From: a virus
Taxonomy: Duplodnaviria; Caudoviricetes
Reading direction: 5' to 3' (one strand)
IMG/VR virus record: IMGVR_UViG_3300027813_003089
Span: 1 to 28,565 of that record
Length of the DNA stretch: 28,565 nt
The stretch's first letter is position 1. The number at the start of each line of letters is the position of its first letter. A program made the position numbers and the translations under genes. Below the pieces are notes generated by a model. The model worked only from the letters and a program-made list of their open reading frames with translations. It searched no databases and was not told the origin of the DNA. Positions 16,350-25,745 of this stretch are shown one piece after another.

Positions 16350-16637
16350 GTGGCACACACACTTCAATCACAACCTTTATATAAATTTACTACGATATCA
16401 GCAGTATTTGCAAAAATCAAAGCTTTACTCGTAGCTTTAGACAAATTTATGAATAAGCGCGCACTAAGACGCCAATCATATAAAGAATTATCCTCCCTTT
16501 CAAATAGAGAATTAAGAGACATTGGCTTGTGCCGTGGCGACATCATGGCTGTTGTTAACGACCAGTTTTACCGTGACTCTATCCGCGAAAGAGAAACAAC
16601 TGCAGAAGTAAACAGAAATCTTAAAGGGTGGACATAA
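16350..16637 (+). CDS. DUF1127 family small protein
   Basis: RRQSYKELSSLSNRELRDIGLCRGDI motif and N.NLKGW tail; AAGGAG RBS with GTG start. Confidence 0.9.
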   Translation: MAHTLQSQPLYKFTTISAVFAKIKALLVALDKFMNKRALRRQSYKELSSLSNRELRDIGLCRGDIMAVVNDQFYRDSIRERETTAEVNRNLKGWT

Positions 16638-16638
16638 T

Positions 16639-16836
16639 ATGTTAGATCGTATATACGCAAGATTAGAAATTCTTGGTTATAGCAGAGCTATTGGTTCGAT
16701 GATCGGATCACCAGGAATTACAGCATCGCACATGAAAGGCTTGTATGAAGCCCGCGAAGATGCAGTTCAAAGATTAGCAAAGTTAAAAGCAGAAGCTAAA
16801 GAAGAACGCTTTGGAAGAACATTATCTAATGCTTAA
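16639..16836 (+). CDS. Small hypothetical protein
   Basis: Starts 1 nt after the DUF1127 stop; LEILGYSRA helix. Confidence 0.7.
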   Translation: MLDRIYARLEILGYSRAIGSMIGSPGITASHMKGLYEAREDAVQRLAKLKAEAKEERFGRTLSNA

Positions 16837-16939
16837 ATTTATATTAAATAGTATTAGTGGATTTAACAACGCAGTTCTTGCCTCAAAATTGTGTGAACAA
16901 GGCTATGTAGAAGAAGCAAGAAAAGTAATGCTAAGATAA
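16829..16939 (+). CDS. 36-aa small protein (not in ORF track)
   Basis: MLKFILNSISGFNNAVLASKLCEQGYVEEARKVMLR; overlaps the upstream stop. Confidence 0.6.
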   Translation: MLKFILNSISGFNNAVLASKLCEQGYVEEARKVMLR

Positions 16940-16973
16940 CAGTGAATTTAGTATAATTAGTTTTGTAAGTAAA

Positions 16974-16981
16974 TATAAATA
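16974..16981 (+). promoter_or_regulatory. T4-type late promoter for the glycosylation island
   Basis: Intergenic TATAAATA. Confidence 0.75.
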
Positions 16982-17010
16982 AAGGCAGGGACAGGTTCTC
17001 TGCCTTTTTT
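16981..17010 (+). terminator. Intrinsic terminator
   Basis: AAAGGCAGGGA-CAGGT-TCTCTGCCTTT-TTT. Confidence 0.8.
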
Positions 17011-17030
17011 GTTAACAGGGATAATATACT

Positions 17031-17567
17031 ATGAAAGAATGGTTTGAAGGTAAGACCGTAGCGGTTGTGGGAAATGCCGCGTCTCTTTTAGAAAAAAATT
17101 ACGGTAAAGAAATAGATACCGCAGAGGTTGTTGTAAGAATTAATCGCGGTGGATATAAATTCACTCAATTCAGTAATAAAATGGGTATGAAGCTCGATGT
17201 ATGGTGTATGCAAAACATACGCCAAAATAAGCCGTGGGCCCAACAGCCAGCTTCAAAAAATGCACATAAAATGCAAATGGATACGATTGACGTATCACCA
17301 GAATTTGCTAACATGGCCGACGTAGTTTTTTCAAATGACGATAGGAACTCTTTAGATAGTAACCTAACAAAAAAGTCGTCAACAGGACTAAGAGTACTTT
17401 ATTATATTTCTAAGCAAAATCCGAAAAATGTTAATGTCTACGGTTTTGATTGGAAACAAACATATTCTTGGCACGAAAAAAGAAAATGTATAGCACACAA
17501 CTTTGAGGAAGAAAAGAAGTATTGCTATGATAACTTTTTTAATAACCAATTTGAATTAAGGAATTGA
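17031..17567 (+). CDS. GT29 (sialyltransferase)-like protein, paralogue 1
   Basis: Sialylmotif-L-like VAVVGNA…GKEID…VVVRIN, motif-S-like STG…VYGFD, VS-like HNFEEE. Confidence 0.75.
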   Translation: MKEWFEGKTVAVVGNAASLLEKNYGKEIDTAEVVVRINRGGYKFTQFSNKMGMKLDVWCMQNIRQNKPWAQQPASKNAHKMQMDTIDVSPEFANMADVVFSNDDRNSLDSNLTKKSSTGLRVLYYISKQNPKNVNVYGFDWKQTYSWHEKRKCIAHNFEEEKKYCYDNFFNNQFELRN

Positions 17568-17568
17568 A

Positions 17569-18615
17569 ATGAACTTTTTCGTGGCATCATCTTCAAAGGC
17601 TACTGCACATATAGCAGAAGTATTGGGCTCGCCAAGAATTAAGTATTTCTCTGAAAATACTACTATACCAAAGCATGTAATGCCAAAGGACTTTAAACAC
17701 CACTTTGATAATTCAGATGCTTTAATACTCAACGGTACATGGGGTTCCAAACTAAGAAAGAAATTATATTTGCCAAAGTGCGAGAATGAAGTCTGGAAAG
17801 ATGGGAATATTCCTAGGCACGTTTACAAGGGAAACAAAGTACCTGACAAAAGCAGAACTGCAATATTGGATTACGTTAATTCAGAACTAGTGCTACTTGC
17901 GAGGAAACAGAAAAAGCCGATTATCGTTTTAGAGAGTGCAACTTTGTCTCGAGCCGAAAAAAATTATGCTAAAGATTACGATCACAAAAATTTTGTAAGG
18001 ATTGGCTTGGACAGTTGGTCATACGGTGACGGCAAGTGGTTGGATGAAAACGATGTGGACGACGTAAGAACTGTAAATGCATCGCGTCTTTATAATCACC
18101 AATGGAAATCAGAGAAAGAAGGTAGCATATACATATTTACCGGTCTTAAGACGGACCCAACTAGTACCATGCCAATCGAACAATTTATCGCAAGTTCTAT
18201 AAAAAAGATAAGAAACCATACGAATAGAAGAATATGTATAAAAGTACATCCTGGCTCAAAAAATCATAAAGCAATCAGACTCAAGTTAAAAAACTATAAG
18301 AACGTAGATTTAATAGAAAAACGCGTTTCTATTCAAAACTTATATCAGGACATGTACTGCGCTGTGATAGACAATTCAACAGGCATCTTTGAACTGATAG
18401 ACGCAGGAATACCAACTTTCTGCTCAGACGCAAACTTCGGATCTTTATTACACAACACGGATCTAAACAATATATGCGATCCTTACTTTGCGACTCAAAA
18501 AGAAATACTCAACTGGACCAATAAAATGTCCTGCACTGAATTTACTCAGGAAGATATCATTTCACCAAACATAGTGCATACACTTGAAAAGCTAGTAAGG
18601 AAGAATAATGAATAA
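17569..18615 (+). CDS. Putative GT-B glycosyltransferase, KpsS/KpsC-like
   Basis: ICIKVHP, VIDNSTGIFELIDAGIPTF C-terminal motifs. Confidence 0.55.
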   Translation: MNFFVASSSKATAHIAEVLGSPRIKYFSENTTIPKHVMPKDFKHHFDNSDALILNGTWGSKLRKKLYLPKCENEVWKDGNIPRHVYKGNKVPDKSRTAILDYVNSELVLLARKQKKPIIVLESATLSRAEKNYAKDYDHKNFVRIGLDSWSYGDGKWLDENDVDDVRTVNASRLYNHQWKSEKEGSIYIFTGLKTDPTSTMPIEQFIASSIKKIRNHTNRRICIKVHPGSKNHKAIRLKLKNYKNVDLIEKRVSIQNLYQDMYCAVIDNSTGIFELIDAGIPTFCSDANFGSLLHNTDLNNICDPYFATQKEILNWTNKMSCTEFTQEDIISPNIVHTLEKLVRKNNE

Positions 18616-18681
18616 CGAAATAAGATCTCCGCGGCAGCAGTTCGTGTCAATAAGAGGCCTCGTGTTTGAAATAAATAATGG

Positions 18682-19587
18682 ATGAAAAGTACAATATTTT
18701 ATAATACCTTAAAATCAATTAGAGTCGATGATAGGTTTAACGCAATTGCTGATACATTTCCTAATTGCAACATTGCAAGAGGTTATAACAACGTTCAGGA
18801 TTGCGATCTTGCAATTATACAGGGTTGGTCAAAGAAAAAAAGCCAAGGCGGGCACAATCTTTTACGAAAGTCAGTTATTAAAACCCAACGAGAAAAAAAT
18901 AAAAACGTTCTTACAATAGATGGAAACATATTTAATTACTTGTCACAAGGCATATATTTTAGATATAGCTTAAATGGAATTTACGCAAACACTGGGTATT
19001 ATTTTGATAACACAATAGATTCTAATAGGTGGGAAAGGATAAAAAGCACAATCGGTTTTGATTTAAAAAGTTGGAGACAAGAAGGTGAGCATATTCTTAT
19101 ATTATTGCAAAAAGATTCTGGTTGGACGATGGAAGAAAAAAGCAATATACTATGGTGTTCTGAAACTATAGATAAAATAAGAAAACATACAGATAGGCCA
19201 ATTGTAATAAGAATGCACCCGTCTGATATAAAACACAAAGAAAATTATTTAATGATGGCACGTAATAAAAAAGTAACTTTATCTGAAAATAAGAACATCG
19301 TGCAAGATTTAAAAAACGCATGGTGTTCAATATCGCACAACAGCTCGCCCGGGCCTGTAAGTGTATTAGAAGGCGTACCAGTTTTTATAACCGATAACGA
19401 TTGGCAAAAAAGTCCTGCAGCTCCTGTTGGCAATTACGACATATCTAAGATAGAGGACCCGGCTCTGCCTGATAGAAAATCTTGGATACAAAAACTCGCT
19501 ATGTCTCATTTTAGTATTGAAGACATTAAAAAAGGCCTGTTGTGGGAAAGTGTAAACGATTATTTTATAGGTGTAAATAAAAAATGA
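18682..19587 (+). CDS. Putative GT-B glycosyltransferase, KpsS/KpsC-like
   Basis: ILILLQ…D, TDRPIVIRMHP, HNSSPGPVSVLEGVPVF. Confidence 0.6.
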   Translation: MKSTIFYNTLKSIRVDDRFNAIADTFPNCNIARGYNNVQDCDLAIIQGWSKKKSQGGHNLLRKSVIKTQREKNKNVLTIDGNIFNYLSQGIYFRYSLNGIYANTGYYFDNTIDSNRWERIKSTIGFDLKSWRQEGEHILILLQKDSGWTMEEKSNILWCSETIDKIRKHTDRPIVIRMHPSDIKHKENYLMMARNKKVTLSENKNIVQDLKNAWCSISHNSSPGPVSVLEGVPVFITDNDWQKSPAAPVGNYDISKIEDPALPDRKSWIQKLAMSHFSIEDIKKGLLWESVNDYFIGVNKK

Positions 19588-20375
19588 AAAAAATTAATGC
19601 AGTTACGTGTTTTAATCTCCAGGGATGGAGAGAAACAGGAAGTCTTTTAGTGCAAGGGTTTATAAAAAATTGGCCTGATGATGTATCATTAACTGTTTAT
19701 GTCGACGATCCAATTCCAAAAAAAGATTTAATAAGAGATTCAAGAGTTTCGTATAAAATATTAGATTACAAAGATCTCGTGTCCTTTAAAGATAGGCATA
19801 AAAATAATCCTGAAGCGAACGGATTAGGAAAACATGCTTCAAAAGGAGCTTCAAATTATCGCTATGACGCCGTACGGTTTAGTCATAAAGTATTTGCTCT
19901 CTTTCAATTTTTACAAGAAGATAAAACTGATATTTTAATATGGTTAGACGGCGATAGCAGAACGCACTCGCCAGTTAAAAGAAGCGATATATCAAATTGG
20001 TGCCCGGAAGGAAAGTTCGCGGGGTATCTTGCTCGTCCATGGTTATACACAGAAACTGGATTTCATATTTTTGATATGGGTCATGAAATTGCTAAAGATT
20101 TTCTCCATGCTTGGAAACAATACTATTTGGATGACAGCATTTTTAAATTAGAATTCTGGACTGATTGTCATACGTATGACGGAGCTATGAAAAACTTTAA
20201 TCAGACACATTGGCACAACTTAAGCCCACCAGTAAAAAATAACCATCCATTTATAAACGGGCCTCTTGGCGAATTTATGGATCATATGAAGGGCCCAAGA
20301 AAACAAAAGGGTACGAGCCATAAAAAAGATCTTGTTGTTCAAAGAAAAACTTCGTACTGGGATAATGTGAGATGA
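19584..20375 (+). CDS. Putative GT-A glycosyltransferase
   Basis: AVRFSHKVFA, DxD motif IWLDGD, ETGF, DHMKG. Confidence 0.7.
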   Translation: MKKINAVTCFNLQGWRETGSLLVQGFIKNWPDDVSLTVYVDDPIPKKDLIRDSRVSYKILDYKDLVSFKDRHKNNPEANGLGKHASKGASNYRYDAVRFSHKVFALFQFLQEDKTDILIWLDGDSRTHSPVKRSDISNWCPEGKFAGYLARPWLYTETGFHIFDMGHEIAKDFLHAWKQYYLDDSIFKLEFWTDCHTYDGAMKNFNQTHWHNLSPPVKNNHPFINGPLGEFMDHMKGPRKQKGTSHKKDLVVQRKTSYWDNVR

Positions 20376-21259
20376 TATACGCCTTTTTAACTGGTAAAAG
20401 TGAACAGGACAAATTTGTAAAATCTTTTGCGGCAGGGATTGGCGCAAAAACAGTGCACACTAGACATATCATTACAAAAAGATTGGCTCATAACGATCTT
20501 CCAGCAAAAGTTACGAAAAGAAATTTCCCGTCTGGAATTACAGCAATTGTTTTTTGCGGAATACTCCGAGGCAATGCGCATTTATTTAATATGGCAAAAA
20601 AGCACGGTATCGATTATTATTATTTAGACCACGCGTATTTTAATAGTGGATACCGCACGCCGTATTGGATGCGAATAACAAAAAACGGATTTGCTCAAAA
20701 TTCTATTACCACAAATGAGGATCCGGTCAGGTTTAAAAACAATTTTAATTTACAATTTGAAGATTACAATTTTAAAGACAAAAAAAACATAGTAATATTC
20801 CCGCCGAGCCATGTAGTAACTAAAGTTTTTGATAAATATTCATGGGAGCAAGATATAATTGCAAGACTAAGAAAATTTACAGATAAGCCAATTGTCGTAA
20901 GAAACAAACCGGGCAATAGTATATGTGATTTATTATATAATCCTATAAAAGTAAAACCGAAACAGGTATATGCAGAAACCTTAGAAGAAGTTTTAAGTGA
21001 TGCGTATTGTGTAGTTGCGTATAACACTACAGTTGCTTTAGACGCTTTACGCATGGGTATACCAGTAATATGCGATAGATTTTGTCCTGCGTTTCCTTTA
21101 TCGCATTCTATAAGTGAAATAGAAAACCTTAAGGAAAAGGAAAGATTACCACTTTTTGAAAGTCTTGCACATGGCCAATTTACATTAGCAGAAGCACGTA
21201 GCCCGGAAACTTTTAAATATATAAATTCAGTTAAACAATGGAAAGGGGAAACCCCGTGA
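20372..21259 (+). CDS. Putative GT-B glycosyltransferase, KpsS/KpsC-like
   Basis: YYLDHAYF, TDKPIVVRNKP, VVAYNTTVALDALRMGIPV. Confidence 0.6.
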   Translation: MIYAFLTGKSEQDKFVKSFAAGIGAKTVHTRHIITKRLAHNDLPAKVTKRNFPSGITAIVFCGILRGNAHLFNMAKKHGIDYYYLDHAYFNSGYRTPYWMRITKNGFAQNSITTNEDPVRFKNNFNLQFEDYNFKDKKNIVIFPPSHVVTKVFDKYSWEQDIIARLRKFTDKPIVVRNKPGNSICDLLYNPIKVKPKQVYAETLEEVLSDAYCVVAYNTTVALDALRMGIPVICDRFCPAFPLSHSISEIENLKEKERLPLFESLAHGQFTLAEARSPETFKYINSVKQWKGETP

Positions 21260-22416
21260 AATATAAATTAGCAAATGACACATGGGCCCAAGAGGAAATT
21301 GACGCCATACAGCGTGTAATCGCCAGTGGCAGATACACTATGGGTGAAGAAGTCAAAGAATACGAAAAACAGTTTGCTAAATTCTTTGGAAGTAAACATG
21401 CCGTTATGACAAATAGCGGAAGTAGCGCTAATCTTATTACTATATCAGCTCTCGCGCTAAATCCAAAATATAAAAATAAAGGAAATATAGTTGTCCCAGC
21501 CGTAAGTTGGAGCACAACTTATTTTCCAATACACCAATTAGGTTATACTATTCGATTTGTCGATGTTGATCCGTACACATTTAATATAGATCCGAGTAAA
21601 CTAGAAGCAGCTATTGATGAAGACACCGCGGCTGTATTTGCTGTAAACCTTTTAGGTAATCCAGCAGAACTTAATAAAATTAAAGAGATATGTGATAAAC
21701 GAGACATTACCCTTTTAGAAGATAATTGCGAAAGCTTAGGTGCATTAGAATACAATAAGCACTGCGGATCTGTTGGAGAAATGGGAACTTTTAGCTTTTT
21801 CTTTAGCCACCACATGCAAACCATGGAAGGCGGTATGGTTCTTACTAATGACGATACTACCTACGAATACTTAAAGAGTCTCCGAGCTCACGGGTGGATA
21901 AGAGATAGCACTTCAGATGATCCTTTATTTGCAAAATCCGGCGATCCGTTTGAAGATAGTTTTAAGTTTATATTACCTGGCTATTGTGTAAGACCGCTCG
22001 AAATGAGTGGTGCTATTGGTCAAGAGCAATTAAAAAAATGGCCGCAGATGATGATAGATCGAAGAAAGAACGCTGAAATTGCAAAAAAAGTTTTTGCAGA
22101 TGTTCCTAATATAAGATTACAAGTTGAACACGAAAAGAGCAGTTGGTTTGGTTTTGGTTTAGTTCTCGAAGGCGATTTAGCTGGAAAAAGAAAAACAGTA
22201 ATTGAAGAGCTTACAAAACACGGTGTTGAAACTCGCCCTATTGTTGCTGGTAATTTTATGCGTAATCCTGTTATAGATAAATTAAATTGGGATAAAAGCG
22301 GAACCTTTGAAGGAACCGACAAGCTTCATTACGACGGATTTTTTATAGGTAACGATTGCGCAGATTTATCTGAAAATATAAACATGGCAGCTGATGTAAT
22401 AAGGAATATAGAATGA
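21256..22416 (+). CDS. colD: PLP-dependent GDP-4-keto-6-deoxymannose 3-dehydratase-like (DegT/DnrJ family, ColD/E1 type)
   Basis: NSGSSANL, VPAVSWSTT, EDNCES, and FSFFFSHHMQTMEGG with His at the usual Schiff-base Lys position; GTG 21256 overlaps the upstream TGA; adjacent to gmd. Confidence 0.8.
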   Translation: MKYKLANDTWAQEEIDAIQRVIASGRYTMGEEVKEYEKQFAKFFGSKHAVMTNSGSSANLITISALALNPKYKNKGNIVVPAVSWSTTYFPIHQLGYTIRFVDVDPYTFNIDPSKLEAAIDEDTAAVFAVNLLGNPAELNKIKEICDKRDITLLEDNCESLGALEYNKHCGSVGEMGTFSFFFSHHMQTMEGGMVLTNDDTTYEYLKSLRAHGWIRDSTSDDPLFAKSGDPFEDSFKFILPGYCVRPLEMSGAIGQEQLKKWPQMMIDRRKNAEIAKKVFADVPNIRLQVEHEKSSWFGFGLVLEGDLAGKRKTVIEELTKHGVETRPIVAGNFMRNPVIDKLNWDKSGTFEGTDKLHYDGFFIGNDCADLSENINMAADVIRNIE

Positions 22417-23387
22417 AAACGGCGTTAATTACTGGCTTTCCTGGACAAGACGCCTGCTACCTTGGTAAACTATTACTCGAAAAGGGATATGAAGTTTATG
22501 GCTTGGTTAAGAGATACAGTAGCCCAAATTGGAGTAACATAGAATATTTAGATTTGTACAACAAAGGTCTTAAAACCATCGTAGGGGATGTTACAGACCC
22601 TTGCAGTATGATGGATGTAATGGAGATAGTACAACCCGACGAATTTTATAACCTTGCGGCTCAGAGCTTCGTTGGTGGTTCTTGGAGACTTGCTTATGTA
22701 ACAACCCACGTTGACGCTATCGGCCCTCTTAATTGCTTAGAAGCAATACGTCGTATTAAACCCGACACCAAGTTCTATCAAGCTGGAACTAGTGAAATGT
22801 TTGGAAACAGTAATATAAACGGGAGGCAAACAGAAAAGACACCGTTTGAACCTGCGAGCCCGTATGGCATTGCTAAACTATACGGTTATCATATCACAAA
22901 AAACTATCGAGAAAGTTATGATGCTTTTACTTGTACGGGAATATTATTCAATCACGAGTCTCCGATACGCGGTATTGAATTTGTTTCAAGAAAAATTACC
23001 GACGGTGTTGCTAGAATTAAAAGTGGTTTAAGTGATAAAATTGTTCTCGGTAATTTAGATGCAGAAAGAGATTGGGGCCATGCAGAAGACTATGTTCATG
23101 CCCAGTGGTTAATGTTGCAACAAGAAACCCCGGATGATTTTATTATTGCGACTGGAATTAAAAATAGCGTGCGCGATTTGTGTAAAATAGCATTTGATGT
23201 AGCTGGTATTAGTAATTGGGAAAATTACGTTACAAGTGAAAAGGAATTTGAAAGACCAAACGAACTTCATAGTTTACACGCTGATTCGAACAAAGCAAAG
23301 ACAGTTTTAAATTGGGAACCTAAATACGAGTTCGAAACAATGATAACTGAAATGGTTGAAGCCGATATACGTAGGTATTCAAAATGA
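22413..23387 (+). CDS. gmd: GDP-mannose 4,6-dehydratase
   Basis: ALITGxxGQD, YNLAAQSFV, FYQAGTSEMFG, SPYGIAK, GILFNHESP, RDWGHAEDYV. Confidence 0.93.
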   Translation: MKTALITGFPGQDACYLGKLLLEKGYEVYGLVKRYSSPNWSNIEYLDLYNKGLKTIVGDVTDPCSMMDVMEIVQPDEFYNLAAQSFVGGSWRLAYVTTHVDAIGPLNCLEAIRRIKPDTKFYQAGTSEMFGNSNINGRQTEKTPFEPASPYGIAKLYGYHITKNYRESYDAFTCTGILFNHESPIRGIEFVSRKITDGVARIKSGLSDKIVLGNLDAERDWGHAEDYVHAQWLMLQQETPDDFIIATGIKNSVRDLCKIAFDVAGISNWENYVTSEKEFERPNELHSLHADSNKAKTVLNWEPKYEFETMITEMVEADIRRYSK

Positions 23388-23929
23388 AAATAGTAATTAC
23401 TGGTCATACGAGTGGATTAGGAAAAGCTTTATATGATGAGCTATCAAGGGATAACGACGTCGTTGGTATGAGTAGAAAAAATGGATACGATTTAAGTAAA
23501 GATTTAGAGCAATTTGTAGCAGATGACTTTGACGTTTACATAAACAACGCGTATTGCGAACATTCACAAACAGATCTTTTATATAAGCTGTTCACTAAAA
23601 ATCAATATAAAGATTGCACAATTATTAATATTGGAAGCGTGAGCGCTGAAGGAAATAAAGATGTAGTTAACGAATACGCTATTCATAAAGCATCGCTTAA
23701 AAAAGCTTGTTCTCAATTACAACTTATAGACGGCGATTGCAAAGTTGTTCATATGCAACTCGGCAGAATGAATACACCGATGACTGAACACCGCAAAGAG
23801 TATCCCAGAATTGAAACCAAATACGTTACAGACACTATTAAATGGATTATGCAACAACCCAAAGATATAATAATAAAAAACTTAACTTTAGATATTATGC
23901 ACAGTAGAAGAAAGAGGACAACATTATGA
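23384..23929 (+). CDS. Short-chain dehydrogenase/reductase (compact)
   Basis: ITGHTSGLG, INNA, IINIGS, catalytic YAIHK. Confidence 0.85.
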   Translation: MKIVITGHTSGLGKALYDELSRDNDVVGMSRKNGYDLSKDLEQFVADDFDVYINNAYCEHSQTDLLYKLFTKNQYKDCTIINIGSVSAEGNKDVVNEYAIHKASLKKACSQLQLIDGDCKVVHMQLGRMNTPMTEHRKEYPRIETKYVTDTIKWIMQQPKDIIIKNLTLDIMHSRRKRTTL

Positions 23930-24603
23930 TACCGATTTTTATAGGATATGACAAGCGAGAAGCTGCGGCGTATCATGTGTGCACGAATTCAATCATAAGG
24001 CACGCAACGAGTCCAATTAGTTTAAACCCCTTATCACTTAATCTGTTAAACGGATATGAAGAAAAACATTCAGATGGTAGTAACCATTTTATATATAGTA
24101 GGTTTCTTATTCCGCATTTAATGGGATATAAAGGCTGGGCTATTTTTATAGACGGCGATATGCTGTTACGCGATGACATAGCAAAGCTTTGGGAATTGCG
24201 CGACGATTCAAAAGCGGTAATGGTCGTAAAACACAATTATAAAACTAAAGTGTCTGAAAAATATTTGGGATCAAAAAACGAAGATTACCCGCGCAAAAAT
24301 TGGTCAAGTGTAATATTATGGAATTGTGGTCATGAGGAAAATCGTATTGTAACAACAGACTTTGTTTCAAACGCGACAGGTGCTCAGGTTCATAGATTTA
24401 CTTGGCTCGAAGATGACCAAATTGGAGAACTGCCAATCGAGTGGAATTGGTTGCCAGACGAGCTCGGCGAAAATAAAGAAGCTAAGCTTTTGCATTATAC
24501 ATTGGGTACTCCGTGCTTTCACGATTTTGCAACAACGCCCATGGCAGATGAATGGCATCGCGAAAGAATATATATGGATTATAGCCAGCAATACGGATTG
24601 TAA
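23926..24603 (+). CDS. GT-A glycosyltransferase (GT8-like)
   Basis: IFIGYD, SRFLIP, FIDGDML, YPRKNWSS, EWNWL, LHYTLGTP. Confidence 0.85.
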   Translation: MIPIFIGYDKREAAAYHVCTNSIIRHATSPISLNPLSLNLLNGYEEKHSDGSNHFIYSRFLIPHLMGYKGWAIFIDGDMLLRDDIAKLWELRDDSKAVMVVKHNYKTKVSEKYLGSKNEDYPRKNWSSVILWNCGHEENRIVTTDFVSNATGAQVHRFTWLEDDQIGELPIEWNWLPDELGENKEAKLLHYTLGTPCFHDFATTPMADEWHRERIYMDYSQQYGL

Positions 24604-24609
24604 TATATT

Positions 24610-25119
24610 ATGAAAGAAGTGTTTGAAGGAAAAACTGTTTCCGTCGTTGGCAACGCAAGAAGTTTGTTTGATAGCAAATACGGTAAAGAAATAGATACAG
24701 CTGAAATTGTTTGTAGAATTAAACGCGGTTTTTTTATGTTAAAGCCACAAGATTTAGTATCTCACGGAAACCGAACTGATGTATGGTTTTTAAATTGGTT
24801 TAAAACAATGAACCCAAACCGAATGACAAGTAAAACATGCGATCATATCGTTGAAATTTTGCACCATCCTGCAATAGATGCAGAATGGTTAAAAGCTGAT
24901 TTAGGTCATCACCGGCCGTCAACTGGACTAAGAATATTACATTTAATATCTTTATACAACCCAAAGACTGTAAATGTTTACGGTTTTGATTGGAAAAAAA
25001 CACCCTCATTTCATGATAAAAAAATGATTGACGAAAGACACAACTTTGCTTTAGAAGAAGACTATTGCCATAGGCGGTTTTTCGAAAAGCAAAAAGAGGT
25101 TTTTAAATTAAAAAAATGA
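24610..25119 (+). CDS. GT29-like protein, paralogue 2
   Basis: VSVVGNA…GKEID…VCRI, PSTG, VYGFDW, HNFALE. Confidence 0.75.
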   Translation: MKEVFEGKTVSVVGNARSLFDSKYGKEIDTAEIVCRIKRGFFMLKPQDLVSHGNRTDVWFLNWFKTMNPNRMTSKTCDHIVEILHHPAIDAEWLKADLGHHRPSTGLRILHLISLYNPKTVNVYGFDWKKTPSFHDKKMIDERHNFALEEDYCHRRFFEKQKEVFKLKK

Positions 25120-25676
25120 AAGAATGGTTTGAAGGAAAAACAGTTGCCGTCGTTGGCAATGCAATGGCTTTATTTAAAAAGCAACACGGGGATGAAATTG
25201 ATTCTCACGACGTGGTAGTAAGATTAAATAAGGCTGCGATGTTATACACGAGAATGGACGTAAAACTTAGTCACGGCAAGAAAACTAACGTTTGGGTATT
25301 TTGGAGTACATCTGAATATAAGAGTTTTTTCAGCAAAATACCCGGGCACGTTAAAAAAATGCATGCAGGTCACCAAGCAAGAACTCCAAACAATATTCAT
25401 GCTATCGATTTTGTATATCCTGAAAGTTTGTATAAGCCTTTAAAGCTAAAGTCAGGCAGACATAGAAATCCAACAACTGGGTTAATTACACTCGATTACA
25501 TATCGACATGCAATCCAAAAAATGTTACTGTATACGGGTTTGATTGGAAAGAATCCGCAACTTTTACAGATCCTGAGAAAAAAAGAGAAAGAGGGTGTCC
25601 TCATGACTATCCTGTAGAAAGGGAATATTGTATGAATACGTTTTTTTCTAAAAGTAATTTTATACTAAGGGACTAG
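25116..25676 (+). CDS. GT29-like protein, paralogue 3
   Basis: VAVVGNA…GDEIDSHDVVVRLN, PTTG, VYGFDW, HDYPVE. Confidence 0.75.
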   Translation: MKEWFEGKTVAVVGNAMALFKKQHGDEIDSHDVVVRLNKAAMLYTRMDVKLSHGKKTNVWVFWSTSEYKSFFSKIPGHVKKMHAGHQARTPNNIHAIDFVYPESLYKPLKLKSGRHRNPTTGLITLDYISTCNPKNVTVYGFDWKESATFTDPEKKRERGCPHDYPVEREYCMNTFFSKSNFILRD

Positions 25677-25679
25677 TAT

Positions 25680-25687
25680 TATAAATA
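25680..25687 (+). promoter_or_regulatory. T4-type late promoter
   Basis: Intergenic TATAAATA. Confidence 0.8.
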
Positions 25688-25745
25688 AATTAATAATCAG
25701 CTTGAAAAATATTAAAAATAAACTTGCACTACCTAGGGGTATTTG

